This document shows positions 36,473-57,100 of a stretch of 64,000 nt of DNA, one piece after another. The stretch lies in the NCBI RefSeq assembly GCF_009914755.1, contig NC_060942.1. One strand, given 5' to 3'. The first letter of the stretch is position 1. Every line of letters starts with the position of its first letter. Under the pieces are notes generated by a model that did no database searches, had not been told where the DNA came from, and saw nothing but the letters and a program-made list of their open reading frames with translations. Made by a program: the position numbers and the translations under genes. The stretch comes from the human T2T-CHM13v2.0 reference genome, Homo sapiens.

Positions 36473-37113
36473 TAGTAGAGACGGGGTTTCACCGTGTTAG
36501 CCAGGATGGTCTCGATCTCCTGACCTTGTGATCCGCCCGCCTCGGCCTCCCAAAGTGCTGGGATTACACGTGTGAGCCACTACGTCTGGCCTCTCATTTC
36601 GATAATATGGTTTTTTTGCCCTTTGGAAAATTACCCTTGGAAAAATGAGGCAGGAAGCACAGGGAGGGGGAAAGCCCCTTCCTGAAGGCCTACTATGTGC
36701 CACGTGCTCTCCTAGGCACTGTTAAAAATGAATAAACCCCTTTAATCCTGGCAAAATCTCCATGTGGGAGACAGTGTAGTGTCCTTATCCCCACTTTAGA
36801 GGAGGACTTGTGGGGAGGGGGTCTAACTTTCCCACAGTGAGAAAGGGGTGGAGGTGAAGCCAATCTGCCTAACCCCAGGATTCTGCCGCTGGACTGTGCT
36901 TAACTTGCTTGCTGATCTACTGGGGAAAGGTGATAGCAGAGTTACCAGCGGAGCAAAAGTTACACACAAAGCACCTATTTATTTTTCCCCAAGTGGCCTT
37001 TAATTAGTCATGCTTTTAGCACAAGATAACCTTTGATTGTGCGTAGCAAGGTTCATTTTGAATAGGTTCAGCTTAATAACGTCAATACTGCTCCACCTTC
37101 ATTGAAATATTTA

Positions 37114-37245
<132 letters not shown>

Positions 37246-37283
37246 CTATAAAAAAATTTTAAAAATTAGCTGGTGTGGGCCTA

Positions 37284-37508
<225 letters not shown>

Positions 37509-37627
37509 TCATGTCTACTCTATACATTATTTTCTATGCTTATTTTCGTCATTGGCAAGAGCTGGCATTCTTAGGAAATAAAAAGAAGTTATGGCACTAT
37601 TCACCCTTCTTGGAGAGTTTTTAAATA

Positions 37628-38289
<662 letters not shown>

Positions 38290-39329
38290 TATATCTATAT
38301 CGCAGAGGCAATGGCTTCTGTCCTGCCTTCCCTTACACGGCTGCCATAGCTCTAGTAACTTCCCCTAGATTTTCTCATGCCCCCAAACTAGCCTCTTAGA
38401 AAGACTTCATTGTGGGAAAATAGTCAGTGAATTCCAGAATTATAGATTTAAATGGTTTGAGGATAAGCAACAAGTCTGGTCTAGTTTCTGCTTGCTGAAA
38501 AGGGTAAACTGTGCAGATGGGCCACCCACAGATGGCCCAGATTTGGATTCAGCAGGGAGAAGTATTTACTCAAGATCGTCTGAGCAAGAACTGTATCTGG
38601 TGGAATGTAGCCAAGACGTAGGAAAGCTGCACTGAGCACCCTGAGAGGGTGCCCGGAGTAGGCAGGGGATCCATCTGTGAGGACACGGTGGGAAATGCCA
38701 TGCCAGATTAGGCTGGGCAGCCCCCATGCTGAATACTCTTAGGGGTGCTTATCTCAAGGCCAGCTGAGGGTGGAAGGAATGGAGGCTTGCAGGGGACTGT
38801 ACTGAGGCTGCGCAGGTAGTTGTAAAATGAACAAGATAGATTGCATAGTGAAATCAAGGGAGGGTGGCAGGAAACAAAAGCAGCAAAAGCAGCAATTCCT
38901 ATATGCAGCAGGCTTTACGCTCACCATTCATCAACAATCAAGCAAACAAAAACGCCCCCAAATACCAATCACGGCACGGTTTGCATTAAGTTCTGTGAGT
39001 GTGCATTGAGTGTTTACCCTGTGCAAGACACTGTGCTAGATGCAAAAACAAGTTTAAAAAATCTAATAAAGTAAGCAAATAAAGGGCAGAAAGGCTAACA
39101 GCCCCACTGCGGGCAACAAGCCAAGAGGAAGTTTCTGTGCATAGCATTCCCTCAACTGACCTGACTGCCTGGGCCAGAGATGCCCTGTCTTTGTCCTGCG
39201 TCTGTCTGGGTTACTCAGTAGGCACTTTCTTCGTGTTTTGCATCTTATACTCAGCTCATTAGTGTATAATAAAATACTTACCGAGAAGCTCCTATGTGAC
39301 AGGGAGTTGGAAGATATAATGAGGTAAGT

Positions 39330-39770
<441 letters not shown>

Positions 39771-40880
39771 TATTTTGTTGTGGATCTGCATCAGTACAGG
39801 ATGTTTCAGGTCCTGGGCCCTCCCTTTCTACCTTGATCACAGACTACAGGGATGGTCTCAAGATTAGCAGGAGGAAGGTTTGTTTGTCTCATAGACTGTC
39901 CAGTCTGAAGAATGTGTGAGGCCTAGGCCCACCAGGGGCCCACAGCTGCTCTGGTGCAGGAGGGCCCGGGACAATGCCTGGTGTCTGCAGGAGGAGGGCA
40001 GAGGGGCAGAAAAGGCCCCTGGAAACATAAAGGAAGAAAAGTGGGAGGGAGACCAGAAGTCGATGGAACTTATAGTAAGCATCTGAATGGAAAGAGTTCT
40101 GTGTGATCTGTGTGAGTGGCAGGGGGGTTGGATGTGAAAATTAAGACTCATTTCTGTCCTCTCTAGACATAGGGTGTGTTTAAGCTGGGTTACCACTAAG
40201 ACTGTGTGTTCTCTCAGGTGATTAAGTGATACCCACACAGCCTCCAGATACTGCCAAGCAAAACGTATGGGTAACATGCTTATTTTGCTCCATTGAGACA
40301 ATTGAGCTTCTCATGTGTGGGGTCCATGTTTCATTCATGATTTCACCCTATACATGTTACCTAGTTTATAGTTCATAGAGATGCTAAATAGATGTTTGTT
40401 ATTCTTGTTGTATTAGTGTGAGGAACCCACAAGACCTACCTTACAAACTGAATAGAAAATGCCCACAAATAAAGAATAATGTTATTCTAACATGTAAGTC
40501 TAGTGCTCATTATTAATGAAATTGGAGTTCAATGAAATACCCACATGGCTTAGAAGAAATAGTTAAAGATGACTCTGTGGAACAGATAAGCAGCAGAGAA
40601 TAATCAGAATTTGGCTAGGCAACATGGAGGAAAAAGTGATTCCAGGGGCTGGAAAATCATGAGCCAAGTTTATTAAGCATGTTCGTGAGCCAAGGTCACA
40701 AAGTTTTGTGTAGAGGAATAACAAAAAATATATTCTACTCACGTCTGCAATCCCAGCACTTTGGGAGGTTGAGATGGGAAGCTCGCTTGAACCCAGAAGT
40801 TCAAGATCCACCCTGGCAACATGGAAAGACCCCATCTCTACAAAAAAATTATTTTAATTAATTAATTTATTTATTTTTAG

Positions 40881-41009
<129 letters not shown>

Positions 41010-41202
41010 TAGCTGGGATTACAGGCATGCGCCACCACACCCAGATAATTTTGTATTTTTAGTAGAGACGGGGTTTCTCCATGTTGATCAGGCTGGTCTT
41101 GAACTCCCGACCTGAGGTGATCCGCCCATCTCGGCCTCCCAAAGTGCTGAGATTATAGGCATGAGCCACCGCGCTCAGCCCAATTAATTTATTTTTATAT
41201 AG

Positions 41203-41331
<129 letters not shown>

Positions 41332-42414
41332 TAGGCAGCTGGGTGATGCTTACCTGTAGTCCCAGCTATTCGGAGGCTGAGGTAGGAGCATTGCTTGAGT
41401 TCCGGAGTTGAAGGCTACAATGAGCCATCGTGGTGCCACTGCACTGCAGCCTGGGCAACAAACTGAGTCTCTGTCTTTAAAAAAAGTACATCTAGAAGAC
41501 TGGTCTATTGTGTTCACCTGGATGGAAAGATGGTTTTCTTTCCTGTCATAACCTAGGGTCTGGGCTATTGTGGGAGCCTGGTTTGTGTTTGTTGAGAGAA
41601 TGAATGAATATATGATTGTCTTATTGAATAATAAATGTATCACCCGTCCTCTTTCATTCCAAAGAACAAGTGACATGGGTCTCTCTCTTCTGCCCCTCTG
41701 TCTTTCCTTTTTAAATCTTCTCTGCTTTTCCATCTTTGGATTCATTGCCCTCCGTCCTCTCCCTCCCGTCCCTCTTGCTCTGTTTGGAGTCTAAAGTAGA
41801 AGCATAGGAAGTGGGCTAGAAGGCAGCACATCCCAGGGCCGTCTGCGACTTCTCTGCATGCAGAGACAGATGGCAGTCTCTGCAATTACTCCCCATCATT
41901 TCCTCCAGCGATGCTCCCAGTCAGACTCCAGGAAGATGCCAGAACTGTTTTTGCCTTACAATACTGCCGGTCTCCAGGCTCAAGCTACTGCACTAACTAC
42001 ATTTTCCAAAGTAGGATAATTTTGTTATCAGAAAAAAATATATATTAGAAAAAGAATGCTGTACCTTCTTGTCTGTTCATGGGCATCATTATTTTCTGGC
42101 AAGAATTTCTTTTATATTTTCAAGTAATTTAGTTTGAATCAACTGTTTTTTTTTGTGATGGATGCTATTAGAATAAGTATTGCCCATGAAAAGCTTTATT
42201 TGTTAGAGTTAATTAAGTCTTATGGCAGAATTTTGAGGCTGGTTGATGAATACATTTTGTACAGCTAGAGAATAAAATCAAATTGGATGTTTTTCTTCAT
42301 GATTAAATACACTTACATTTAGTTGGCTTTTCCACAAAAACAGTAAAGCACAAAAAAATCCCAAAATAAACTAAAAATCCCACATAATCTCACCCTACAG
42401 CCATAACAATTTGA

Positions 42415-42783
<369 letters not shown>

Positions 42784-43244
42784 TGAAGAAAAGAAAATAA
42801 ACTTTCTTTACCAGTTAAGCAATATATCAATTAACATTTTGTCAGCTACATAGCATTTCCTCTGTGGATTACCACAGGTTTTTTGTTTTTTTTTAAATCT
42901 CCTATTTTTTAGGATTAACTTTTTAAAAAATAGAGATGAGGTCTCATTCTTTAGCGTTGAAATGCTTTGAGTGTGATTTGATGTGTAAATAATATTGTGG
43001 TGAACATTCTTATTCAAACATCTTAGTCCATTATCTATTTTCTTATGGTAAAATTATTTAATGCAGAATTTCTGTGTCTAAGGATATATAATTTTAAGAT
43101 TTTTGTTACATATTTCTGCTTTTTAGTCCCTTTTATAAAACTTGCAGTTTTGCTCTACCTTTAGAAAAACAATGCCAGCACAAAGCAAATTGTGAAGGCC
43201 CAAACCTTCTCTGCTCTTTATTTTGTATTATTTACTTATTTTTA

Positions 43245-44770
43245 ACAGACAGGATTTAGCTCTGTTGCCCAGGATGGAGTGCAGTGATGCGATCATAGCT
43301 CACTATAACCTCAAAATCCGGGGCTCTCCTGGAGGTGGGGGGCATCCCCTGCCCGGCCAGCCACCCTGTCCGGGAGGTGGGGGGCGCCTCTGCCTGGCCA
43401 CCCCGTCTGGGAAGTGAGGAGCCCCTCTGCCCGGCCACCACCCCGTCTGGGAGGTGTACCCAACAGCTCATTGAGAACGGGCCATGATGACGATGGTGGT
43501 TTTGTCGAATAGAAAAGGGGGAAATGTGGGGAAAAGAAAGAGAGATCAGATTGTTACTGTGTCTGTGTAGAAAGAAGTAGACATAGGAGACTCCATTTTG
43601 TTCTGTACTAAGAAAAATTCTTCTGCCTTGGGATGCTGTTAATCTATAGCCTTACCCCCAACCCCCTGCTCTCTGAAACATGTGCTGTGTCCACTCAGGG
43701 TTAAATGGATTAAGGGCGGTGCAAGATGTGCTTTGTTAAACAGATGCTTGAAGGCAGCATGCTGGTTAAGAGTCATCACCACTCCCTAATCTCAAGTACC
43801 CAGGGACACAAACACTGCGGAAGGCCGCAGGGTCCTCTGCCTAGGAAAACCAGAGACCTTTGTTCACATGTTTATCTGCTGACCTTCCCTCCACTATTGT
43901 CCCATGACCCTGCCAAATCCCCCTCTCCGAGAAACACCCAAGAATGATCAATAAATACTAAAAAAATTTAAAAAAAGAGAGAGAAAGAAAGAAATTTTTA
44001 AAATATATATGTATTAGGCCCTGGAAACTGCAAATACTTTCCTGGTCCCATTCATGAAAGGGCTCCACTTTGAAGTCAGTAATGTAATCAAGAAACGAAC
44101 TAAGTATCTAACAAGATTAGTCTCCAAAATACAACTTTCTAGCACTTAGCGGGCTACTTTGAAACTCTATGTAAAATAAATTTACTTCTATAAAGGAAAT
44201 CTCCATTTGTAAGGACATCCCCCTATACCAAAGCAGCTAGAAATCTTTACAATGGGAAAGACACTGGCTTAAAGTTTACGTAACAAACCTTACCTATGTT
44301 TAAAGATACTTTTCCTGGCAATCTTATCTTGACTGATTCTTTTTGTTTCAGCAAATAATGGTATATAGATATACGTTCTATGCCTCTGGGGGTATCAATT
44401 TTCACCTAAGAGTAATGTTTGCAATTTAGGGTTACCTAGCTAAACAACTGTTTAGGGCAATGAAATAAGTAATCAAGGAACTGGTAGTCTAAACAGGGAG
44501 AGATTATCTGCAAACTGGCAAATGAAGAATCTTATAAAGCTATAAGATCTGTTTCTGTCAAAAAAAAAAAAAAATCCGGGGCTCAAGTGATCCTCCTGCC
44601 TCAGCCTCCAGGGTAGCTGGGGCCACAGGTGCATGCCAACATGCCCAGCTAATTTTAAAATTTTTTGTAGAGATAAGGTCTTGTTTTGTTGTCAGTGCTG
44701 GTCTCTTGAACTCCTGGGGTCAAGCAGTCCTCCCGACTTGACCTCCCCAGGTGCTGGGATTACAGGTGCC
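43245..44770 (-). mobile_element. AluJ-like element split by the SVA insertion
   Basis: Antisense Alu sequence stops at ...aacctcaaaatccggggctc (43326) and resumes as aagtgatcctcctgcctcagcc after 44584. Confidence 0.85.
43327..43995 (+). mobile_element. 5'-truncated SVA (partial VNTR plus SINE-R; SVA_B/C-like)
   Basis: VNTR units (ccccgtctgggaagtgaggagcccctctgcccggcc), SINE-R (gtacccaacagctcattgagaacgggccatgatgac...caagaatgatcaataaa), AATAAA at 43950-43955, then an A-rich tail. Confidence 0.95.
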
Positions 44771-45199
44771 TTCTCTTCTCTTTATCACATAAAAACTCAT
44801 TCTCTGGAAGTAATCTGATAAATTAATTCTCACAGAAACGTGAAGCAGGGAAGATGCTCACTGCGTGAAGTTGGGAGCAGCATCGGTCCTGCCCAGTGCT
44901 GTGCATGGGTGACTTGATCGCATGAGACTTTGGGCCGAGAGGGGCTTTATTCATACTCGCTAGCAGAAGGAGTAGATGCAGTGCCCTGTTGGCATAAGTC
45001 ATAGGAAGTAACTTGATGAAGGGCGAATGGCTTTCTTATTATGCAATTTCAGCCCACTGAGAGGAAATAAGGGGATATATATTTTGGGTGAGGTGAGGAC
45101 AATGCACCTTTTTTTTCTATTTCTGGAATCTCATTTCATGGATTATTAACTACTCTGCCTACTAATAAAGAGAGGTTAGTGGGGAAAATAGTCTTTGAA

Positions 45200-48379
<3,180 letters not shown>

Positions 48380-48563
48380 TGAACTCCTGAACTCAGGTGA
48401 TCCACCCATCTCCAGCCTCCCAAAGTGCTAGGATTACAAGTGTGAGCCACCTCGCCCAGCCAATAAATATTTTTTGAAGAAATAAGTGATGCTGTGCAAT
48501 GAAGACTGTTTGTTGGTTGACTCATGATTTAATTATTTTCCAGTAAAGAATATGTTTGGCTCA

Positions 48564-48924
<361 letters not shown>

Positions 48925-51100
48925 CTATCCAAAACTGAAGCAGGATTAAAGTTGAGAGGAACAGCAATAGAGTTACAAATAGTATGTTGACATCATTTCA
49001 TAGCCAGCTGTTTTAAATGCTCCTTTTGAGATAGTTCCTGACACTGTAATAAAATGATAATCTAGCCACCATCCCCTAATCTATCCACCTCCCACGGTTG
49101 ACAGGGTAGACCTCTGATACCCCTGCCAAAGTGGCACTCTTCTGGCCCATTGAAGTCCAACTTTGTGAAGAGTGGGCAAGAATGAAGGGCAGATTGCTCC
49201 CGTACCATCCATTAAATTAAAAAAAATTAATTCATATATTTTTCAGTGTAGGATTTCTATACGTTATTTTCCAGTCATTTAGCTTTTTTCCCCTAATAAT
49301 ATACTGTTCCCGCCCTATAGGTTATATTTTTTCCTTCAATATTTTAAACACGATTATTTTTGGGAGCTAAGCTATGAGGACGCAAAGGCATAAGAATGAC
49401 ATAATGGACTTTGGGGACTCCGGAGGAGTCCATGAGTTAACGGATCATTCCCATTCATTAACTCTAGTTCTTGGATGGGAATGATCTCTTTTGTGATTCT
49501 TCCTTGTGCTACTTCCTTTCCCAGATGGTTTTAAATTTTTACCTATGAGCTCATCTGTAGTAGGTATTTTCCACCAATTTTCTCTCAGGAGCCACATTCC
49601 TCGGGTTGTATAGTTACAAGAAGTTACAGGAGGAGCTGGTCAGCTGGCTGAGGCTTCTCAGGACTGCTTGTCCAGTTAGAATGTTCTGGTCTCAGTTTCA
49701 CAGATAGGACAATTCCTTGGCTTTATACAGGGAACTCTCCTCACACAGGTTTGTGGCTTCATCTTTTTTTTCTTTTTTTCTTTTTTTTTTTTGAGATGGA
49801 GTCTCACTCTGTCGCCCAGGCTGGGGTGCAGTGGTGCTGTCTCGGCTCACTGCAAGCTCCGCCTCCTGGGTTCACGCCATTCTCCTGCCTCAGCCTCCTG
49901 AGCAGCTGGGACTACAGGTGCCAGGTACCACACCCGGCTAATTTTTTTTTTTTTGTTGTTTTTTTTTAAATAGAGACAGGATTCCACCGTGTTAGCCAGG
50001 ATGGTCTTGATCTCCTGACCTTGTGATCCGCCTGCCTTGGCTCCCCAAAGTGCTGGAATTACAGACTTGAGCCACCGCGCCCGGCCAGCTTCATCTTTTG
50101 ACATGAGTGAACACTATGTATTTGATCTATGATCATTTGATGTATGAACAAGACCCCAGCTCCACACTCCTGAAGTTTGAGTTCCAACACCCTCTTTATC
50201 CATTCACTTTTACACTTGCACACTACTTGCGCACTATTTTGTTCATTTCTACCCCCAATTTTTTTCATTCAATAGATATTTATCAAATGCTTACTAATGT
50301 GCCAGGCATGATTCTAAGCCCTAGACCATCAGCAGTGAAGTAAATAATGTCTTTTCCCTGAACAATTGTGCATTCAAGAGGTTTCTCTTTCTCCTTCCAT
50401 GCTCTAAATGTACTAAAGACAGTCCTGTTATATTTGATCTTGCATGGTTGTGTGTTTGGAGCGTGTGGGTTTGTGGAGGTCCTATGACGGAGGTAGCTCA
50501 ACCTGCAGTAATACCCAGAGGTCACCCCTCCCTTACATGTGGCCCTGCGAAGTATGCTCCTGGCTTATCTTAAAGACTGTGAAAATATTTCTATCCAGAG
50601 GCAGCTGGGTATAATTAACTGTTAAGAAAATGAAGTCTGGAGCCGAAATGCCGAGGCTCAAATCCCAGACCACTTACTAGCTGTGTGGTCTTGGACAAAA
50701 GGAACCCTCTTGGTTCCTTAGATTCCTCATGTGGAAAAGCAGCCCAATAATAGTACCTCCCCTACATGCTTATAGAAAGGATTCAGTGAGTAAACGGCTT
50801 AGGACAGGAGCTGGCACATTATAAGTACTTATGAATAGAGGCAGCGTAAACATCAATGACCCAGTGCCAATCACAAGGCTCTAGGACTAGTAGGTGTTGG
50901 AGAGGTGTTTCTTGTTGCCTTATTTGTTGTATTTGGTTTCTGCTACCTGCACACCTTGTGGGTCAGGACCTGCTGGTGAGATGGCCCATCACAGCAGTCC
51001 ACCAGCCTTGCTGGGCTGAGTTGTAAGCTGGAGCAAGGTGGGGGGCCCGGAAACCAAACCAAGTTCAAACCAGGAGAATGTCTGAAGCCTCCATGGGGAC

Positions 51101-51461
51101 TGTGTTAGTTTGCTGGTGCTGCCACATAACGAAGGATCACAGACTATGTGGCTTAAGCAACAGACATGTATTACCGTCTGAGATCAAGATGTTTGTGGGG
51201 TTGGCTTCTCCCAGGGCCTCCCTCCTCGGCTTGCACATGGCCACATTTTCCCTGCTTCTCCACGTGGTCTTCCCTTTGAGTCTGTGTCCTAAACTTCTCA
51301 CAAGGACAGCAGTCATTTTGGGTTAGAGCTCACTACAGTGACCTCATTGTAACTCAATTACCTCTTTAAAGACATAACCTCCAAATACAGTCACATATTA
51401 AGGTACTGGGGGTTGGGGCTTCAACATATGAATTTTGAAGGACACAATTCAGCCTGTAATA
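51101..51461 (-). mobile_element. MLT1 (MaLR) LTR
   Basis: tgtgttagtttgctggtgctgcc..ataac...ggcttaagcaacag...aggtactgggggttggggcttcaacatatgaattttg..gacacaattcagcc. Confidence 0.75.
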
Positions 51462-51505
51462 AAGACAGAATGAGTTTGGCCAATGCCTTTTTTGTCTGGG
51501 AGTAG

Positions 51506-51730
<225 letters not shown>

Positions 51731-53660
51731 TAATTTTTGTATTTTTAGTAGAGATGTGGTTTCACCATGTTGGCCAGGCTGGTCTGGAACTCCTGACCTC
51801 AAGTGATCTGCCTACCTTGGCCTCCCAAAGTGCTGGGATTAACAGGTGTGAGCCACTGTGCCCAGCCAGCCGAGGGATTTCTTTAACATAAATACTCTTC
51901 CCTTCAGTCTTGAAACTGGCTAAAACCCTCCTGCTCATCAAAACACAGAGTAAATGCTTCTGTGTCCACAAAACCTTTTCTGATTCCTGTAATCCACCTT
52001 CCCCTGTACCCTAACCTCACTGCACAGCAAGCATCGCACTCTCCTTGAACTCAGAGGATAGCATGCTGTCTGTCTCTTCCCTATGAACACGTTGCTTATA
52101 CTGTGGTTGTTCACATTCTGGTACTGCTAACACATCAGTTAGCAGTAAACATCCTGAGGGCGAATCTCCATCTGATTCATCTTTGTTTTCTCACAGACAT
52201 TGCTCAGTAAACATTTGTTGAAGGAATAAGTGAATGATAACAATAGCAGCAAAACTGGCATATATTTTACACCTAAAGTCAAGTATCGAGAAGTTCCCCA
52301 AATCCATGATCAATACTTGACTAATTTTAAGACATAATGTGCTTAGCAGAATTTTTTCAGCTCCCCAGAGTAAATGCTTCAAGCCCAGGCACACCTGTAA
52401 TCTCAGCACTTTCAAGGCCAAGGCAGGTGAATCACCTGAGCCCAGGAGTTCGAGATTAGTCTGGGCAACACAGCAAAACCCTATCTCTACAAAAAATACA
52501 AAAATTAGACAGGTGTGGTGGCCTGCACCTGTAGTTCCAGCTACTTGGGAGGCTGAGTTGGGAGGATCAATTGAGCCCAGGAGTTCAAGGCTGCAGTGAG
52601 CCACTGCACTCCAGCCTGGGTGACACAGGGAGACCTTGTCTCAAAACAACAACAACAACACCCCCACCCCACAAAAGAGAAAAACAACAAAAATGTTAAT
52701 GCTTCAAAAGCCTGCCTTGTGGGGCAGAGGAGGCACGTAACTAATGCATACCTTTATACAGGCCAATGAATACCTCCGGCAAAAGAAAATATCATGCTCT
52801 AAGGGTGTGTAATTTTCAAGGACTCATGCAAGCGGTCCATAGAAGAAGTGAATTGAATTAGAATTTATTTATTTATTTATTTTGCAGTGACTAGCCTAAT
52901 CTCTACAAAAAGTACTTTAAAGGCTATAAAAGTAAATTCTTTCTGATTTTTTTTCCCTTTTCATTTTAAAGGGAGTTCCCAGAATTTGACTCTTGTTTTG
53001 AATGATGTCTTTGTAACAAACTTCCTGTGTTGACAAAGGACACGCTGAACTTCTGTTACTGTGGCTACCACAGAAATGAGAGCAGTTCCAATCGTCTCAC
53101 TGCATTAAGGCCTTTATACAATTTCTTTCAAGTTTTCTAATTTTTATTATGTTTGTAGCTCTATAATATACAACCATAAAACAAGATAATATTACTATAA
53201 CAATAATAAACAACTGTATCTCTATATATCTCTATATAATACACAAATAACACAGTAACAATACTTTACAACAATAACTCTACAGCATACCACTATAATA
53301 AACATTTGAAGTGACATGTGGGTTTTTTTTTTTTTTAACTTCCCCTAGCCTTTGGACTTATTTTGCTTTAAATTATTTATCAACAAAGGTCTGAACACTT
53401 AATAACCTCTGCCTTATGGTGATACATTTCCTCATTATTTTAGTTTTGTATTATCAAAATAGAGTGAAAATGAGACAAATTGTCTCTGAACCTTAGCTAT
53501 GCAGGAGATCAATCTGCTTCTACTTCATAAAAGTTGTTCAAATGTCACTGACAGGTTCTAGTAGAACCAGGGACATCAAAGTGTCTACTTAAAAGCTAAA
53601 GTGATTTTAGCATGACCATATTTTAAAATGCAAATGAATTTTTTCTATTACTCTAGCTAA

Positions 53661-54116
<456 letters not shown>

Positions 54117-57100
54117 TAAGAAACAAAATTAAGAGCCTCAAGAAATACAAAATTGAGAAACATTCCAACTAAAAACGTTTAAACAAAATAGTCTCATTCT
54201 TTATAGATACGAAGTTTATGTGTAGAAGCCAATACACATTTCCTGCCTCTTCCCCCTCACTTCCTGGCCGCCGGTGCTACAGAGCAACTGTCCTGCCACA
54301 CTTGAGTGAGATGGAAAAAACCAATTCTTCACCCCAGTTCACTTCCATGACTTCCGGCAGTGTCTGTTCAGAGGTCAAAGCTGTTGGTGATTTTCCACTT
54401 GTGCTGGACATAAACCTGGCAAAAAGGCAGGAATTTTAGGGACAGAGGGCTTTCTACCATGGCAGGTCAGAAGGGCCTGGGGGAACAGGGCCTGACCCAC
54501 ACCAAGTAAATATTTGTTGAATGAATGAATGAATGGAAGAAATGGTATCTTATGGTTTGTCTTTTTTGGAGACAGAGTCTTGCTGTTGCCCTGCCTGGAG
54601 AGTGGTGGCACGATCATGGCTCTCTGCAGCCTCGAGCTCCTGGGCTCAAGCATCCACCCATCTCAGCCTCCCAAGTAGCTAGGACTACAGTCATGTGCCA
54701 CCATGCTCAGCTAATTTATTTTTATTTTTTGTTTTTGGTAGAGACGGGGACTCTCTGTGTTGCCCAGGCTGGTCTCAAATTCCTGGCCTCCTGAAGTGCT
54801 GGGATTATAGGTGTGAGCCACCGTGCCCAGGCAATGCCCCGTGTTTTTAATAGAATGACGTAGAGGTAATTGTTTTTTCTTTCTGTTTTGAGATGAAAAC
54901 AAGGAATTGGTTTCATTTTCATTATTTTTTCATCTGTACTTCAGTGCTGCTGAAACTTTCACCTGAGAGGAGGATTTCAGATTTCTCGATTCTGCCCCCG
55001 CAACGAGTTGCTTCTCTTCTTTCTCTGCACAGTCTTCACTTTCATGAAGCCAAATGCCTCCTTGCAATTCAGCTCCTGGTTTTGAGTGTGTAAGGAAGAC
55101 ACACGCTTCTCGTGAAATTCTGGAGAATGTCTCCGGACTGCGTGGGAAGCTTATGAACCAGAGGTGCCTGTACTGACAGAAGCCTGTGAGCAAAGAGGGT
55201 TCCGAGAACTGGTTAGCTCTTTCTAGCCGGGAATATTAAGCTGTAAAGAACAAGGAAATGGAGGGAGCATTCACATATGTACTGCAGTTGGCATGGGGGT
55301 CTCCTTGGAGAGGCTTCCTGTGGGCAACTATGGGTGCATTCAGTAGGGACATTTAGATAACTAAGATGAGCCCTGGAACAACCAAAATAGAGTCAATGTA
55401 ATAAAACACTCTCTGATTCTGGGACACGTCCCCCTCGTCTCTGAAAGGAAACACTTGGCTTCAGTTTGGCTCAGCAATGTAACACCTTTTCTCCCGGCTT
55501 AGAACCAGCTCTTAGCAAGCAGAGTGGGTGGCTTTTGTGTGATACCATGGGCACTAGTAACGCCTCAGGCTGAAGTCCCGGCCTGATAGGTTATGCCCTT
55601 AACCTTCTAAAACCAGAAACGAGAGGAAAGAAACCACAGAAGGAAACTGTAGAAACTCAACCCCAGGGGAGGCGAGCATTACCTTCATAATTTATTGCAA
55701 ACAGTGCCTATTTTGTTTCCAAAGTGTTTTAAATTAAACTTAGTTGTGTATCATTTGGAATGTAAATATTCATCCTCAAAAGTGAGTAGCAGGGAGTATG
55801 GACTGTCTGAGTAACCACAGTGTGTGTGTCTGAGCTTTGTGACAAGTCTACTATGCCTTCTTGATGCTGGGCTACAATTAAAGCATGTTCTAAAAAAAGT
55901 AAAAAATGCACTTAGATGTTAGTAAGTATGAGCTAAGTAATTTTGGAAACTTTGGTGTGCATTTTAGAGATTGAGATTTTCATTTACATATATCAGTTGA
56001 TTCTTCAGAAGCAATTTAAATAACTTAAGACTGTTTTTTAAACATAATCTTATCTCTAAAGCCCAAGGTAGAGGTCAAAATGCAAATATTTGAGGCTGTG
56101 ATGTGATGGTCACTATGTATCCAGTTTGTAATCCTCCATATAACTGATGTATTAGTATTTTATCTAAACATCTTGCTGTGGGTATGTGAAGCAGGCCCAC
56201 AGAACAGAACTAATGAACACCTGAGACCGTGCCAGTGTGTTCATTTAAAATGCGCTGCACCTTGTTCTGACACTCGATTTGTTGTAGATATTTGATCCTC
56301 TTGAGGCTTGCTTTTAAGCTCTGTTAGGGTGGGGCCAGAGGAGTTTTTAATCCAGGATTAATTTCTCACCTTAGTAGTGCCCCACTATGGAGGAGAAACT
56401 TCTGAGGACTCTACCCGAGGCCCACGTATTACAAAGTCTTTTCATTCCGGCTGGTGGACACGGACTCTGTTTCCAGCCCGCGTGAGCTCCAAGAATTGCT
56501 TGGCCTGAGGCTTTCCAGATTTCTTTCTCCCGTGCATTTGCTGAATAGTACTCAGCCAAAGAGCATGTGCAGCCTCCAGCACCCTGTCTTCGTGCAACTC
56601 TCCTCTCTCTCTTATTCTTTCTCATACATTTTAGACGACCCCGCCTCATTGAACCTCAGTCTCTGTCCCCTCAATTCAATGAGACTGACAGGCTCCCCCT
56701 GCTGGGCTGCAGCCTGAGCACTCTGTCTAGGCAAGAAGAAGCTGGAGCAATCACAGGTGTCTCATCACTTTCCCCTTCTCTCAGGCATCTTGGGCCTGCA
56801 CATCTGCTGGCCAATGCCCTAAACGGTTATTTTTCCATATGTTTTGATATTTTGCCTGTTTTTCTAGTTGTTCATGGTGGGAGGACAATTTCCATAACAG
56901 TAATCCTTTGTGGGCAGACAGAGAATCCCGTCTAGCGTAGTTTTGCATTTGCTTCCCTGAGGCCCCGGACCTCGACCATTTTTATGGGAATTCTTGGCTT
57001 GAGATTGTTACCATGTGGTGCTGTAAATTTGCACCCCACAAACATGCAGTACTAGTTTGAGGAATCCATTAAATTTTCTTCCATCCAGAACCGCCCCCAG

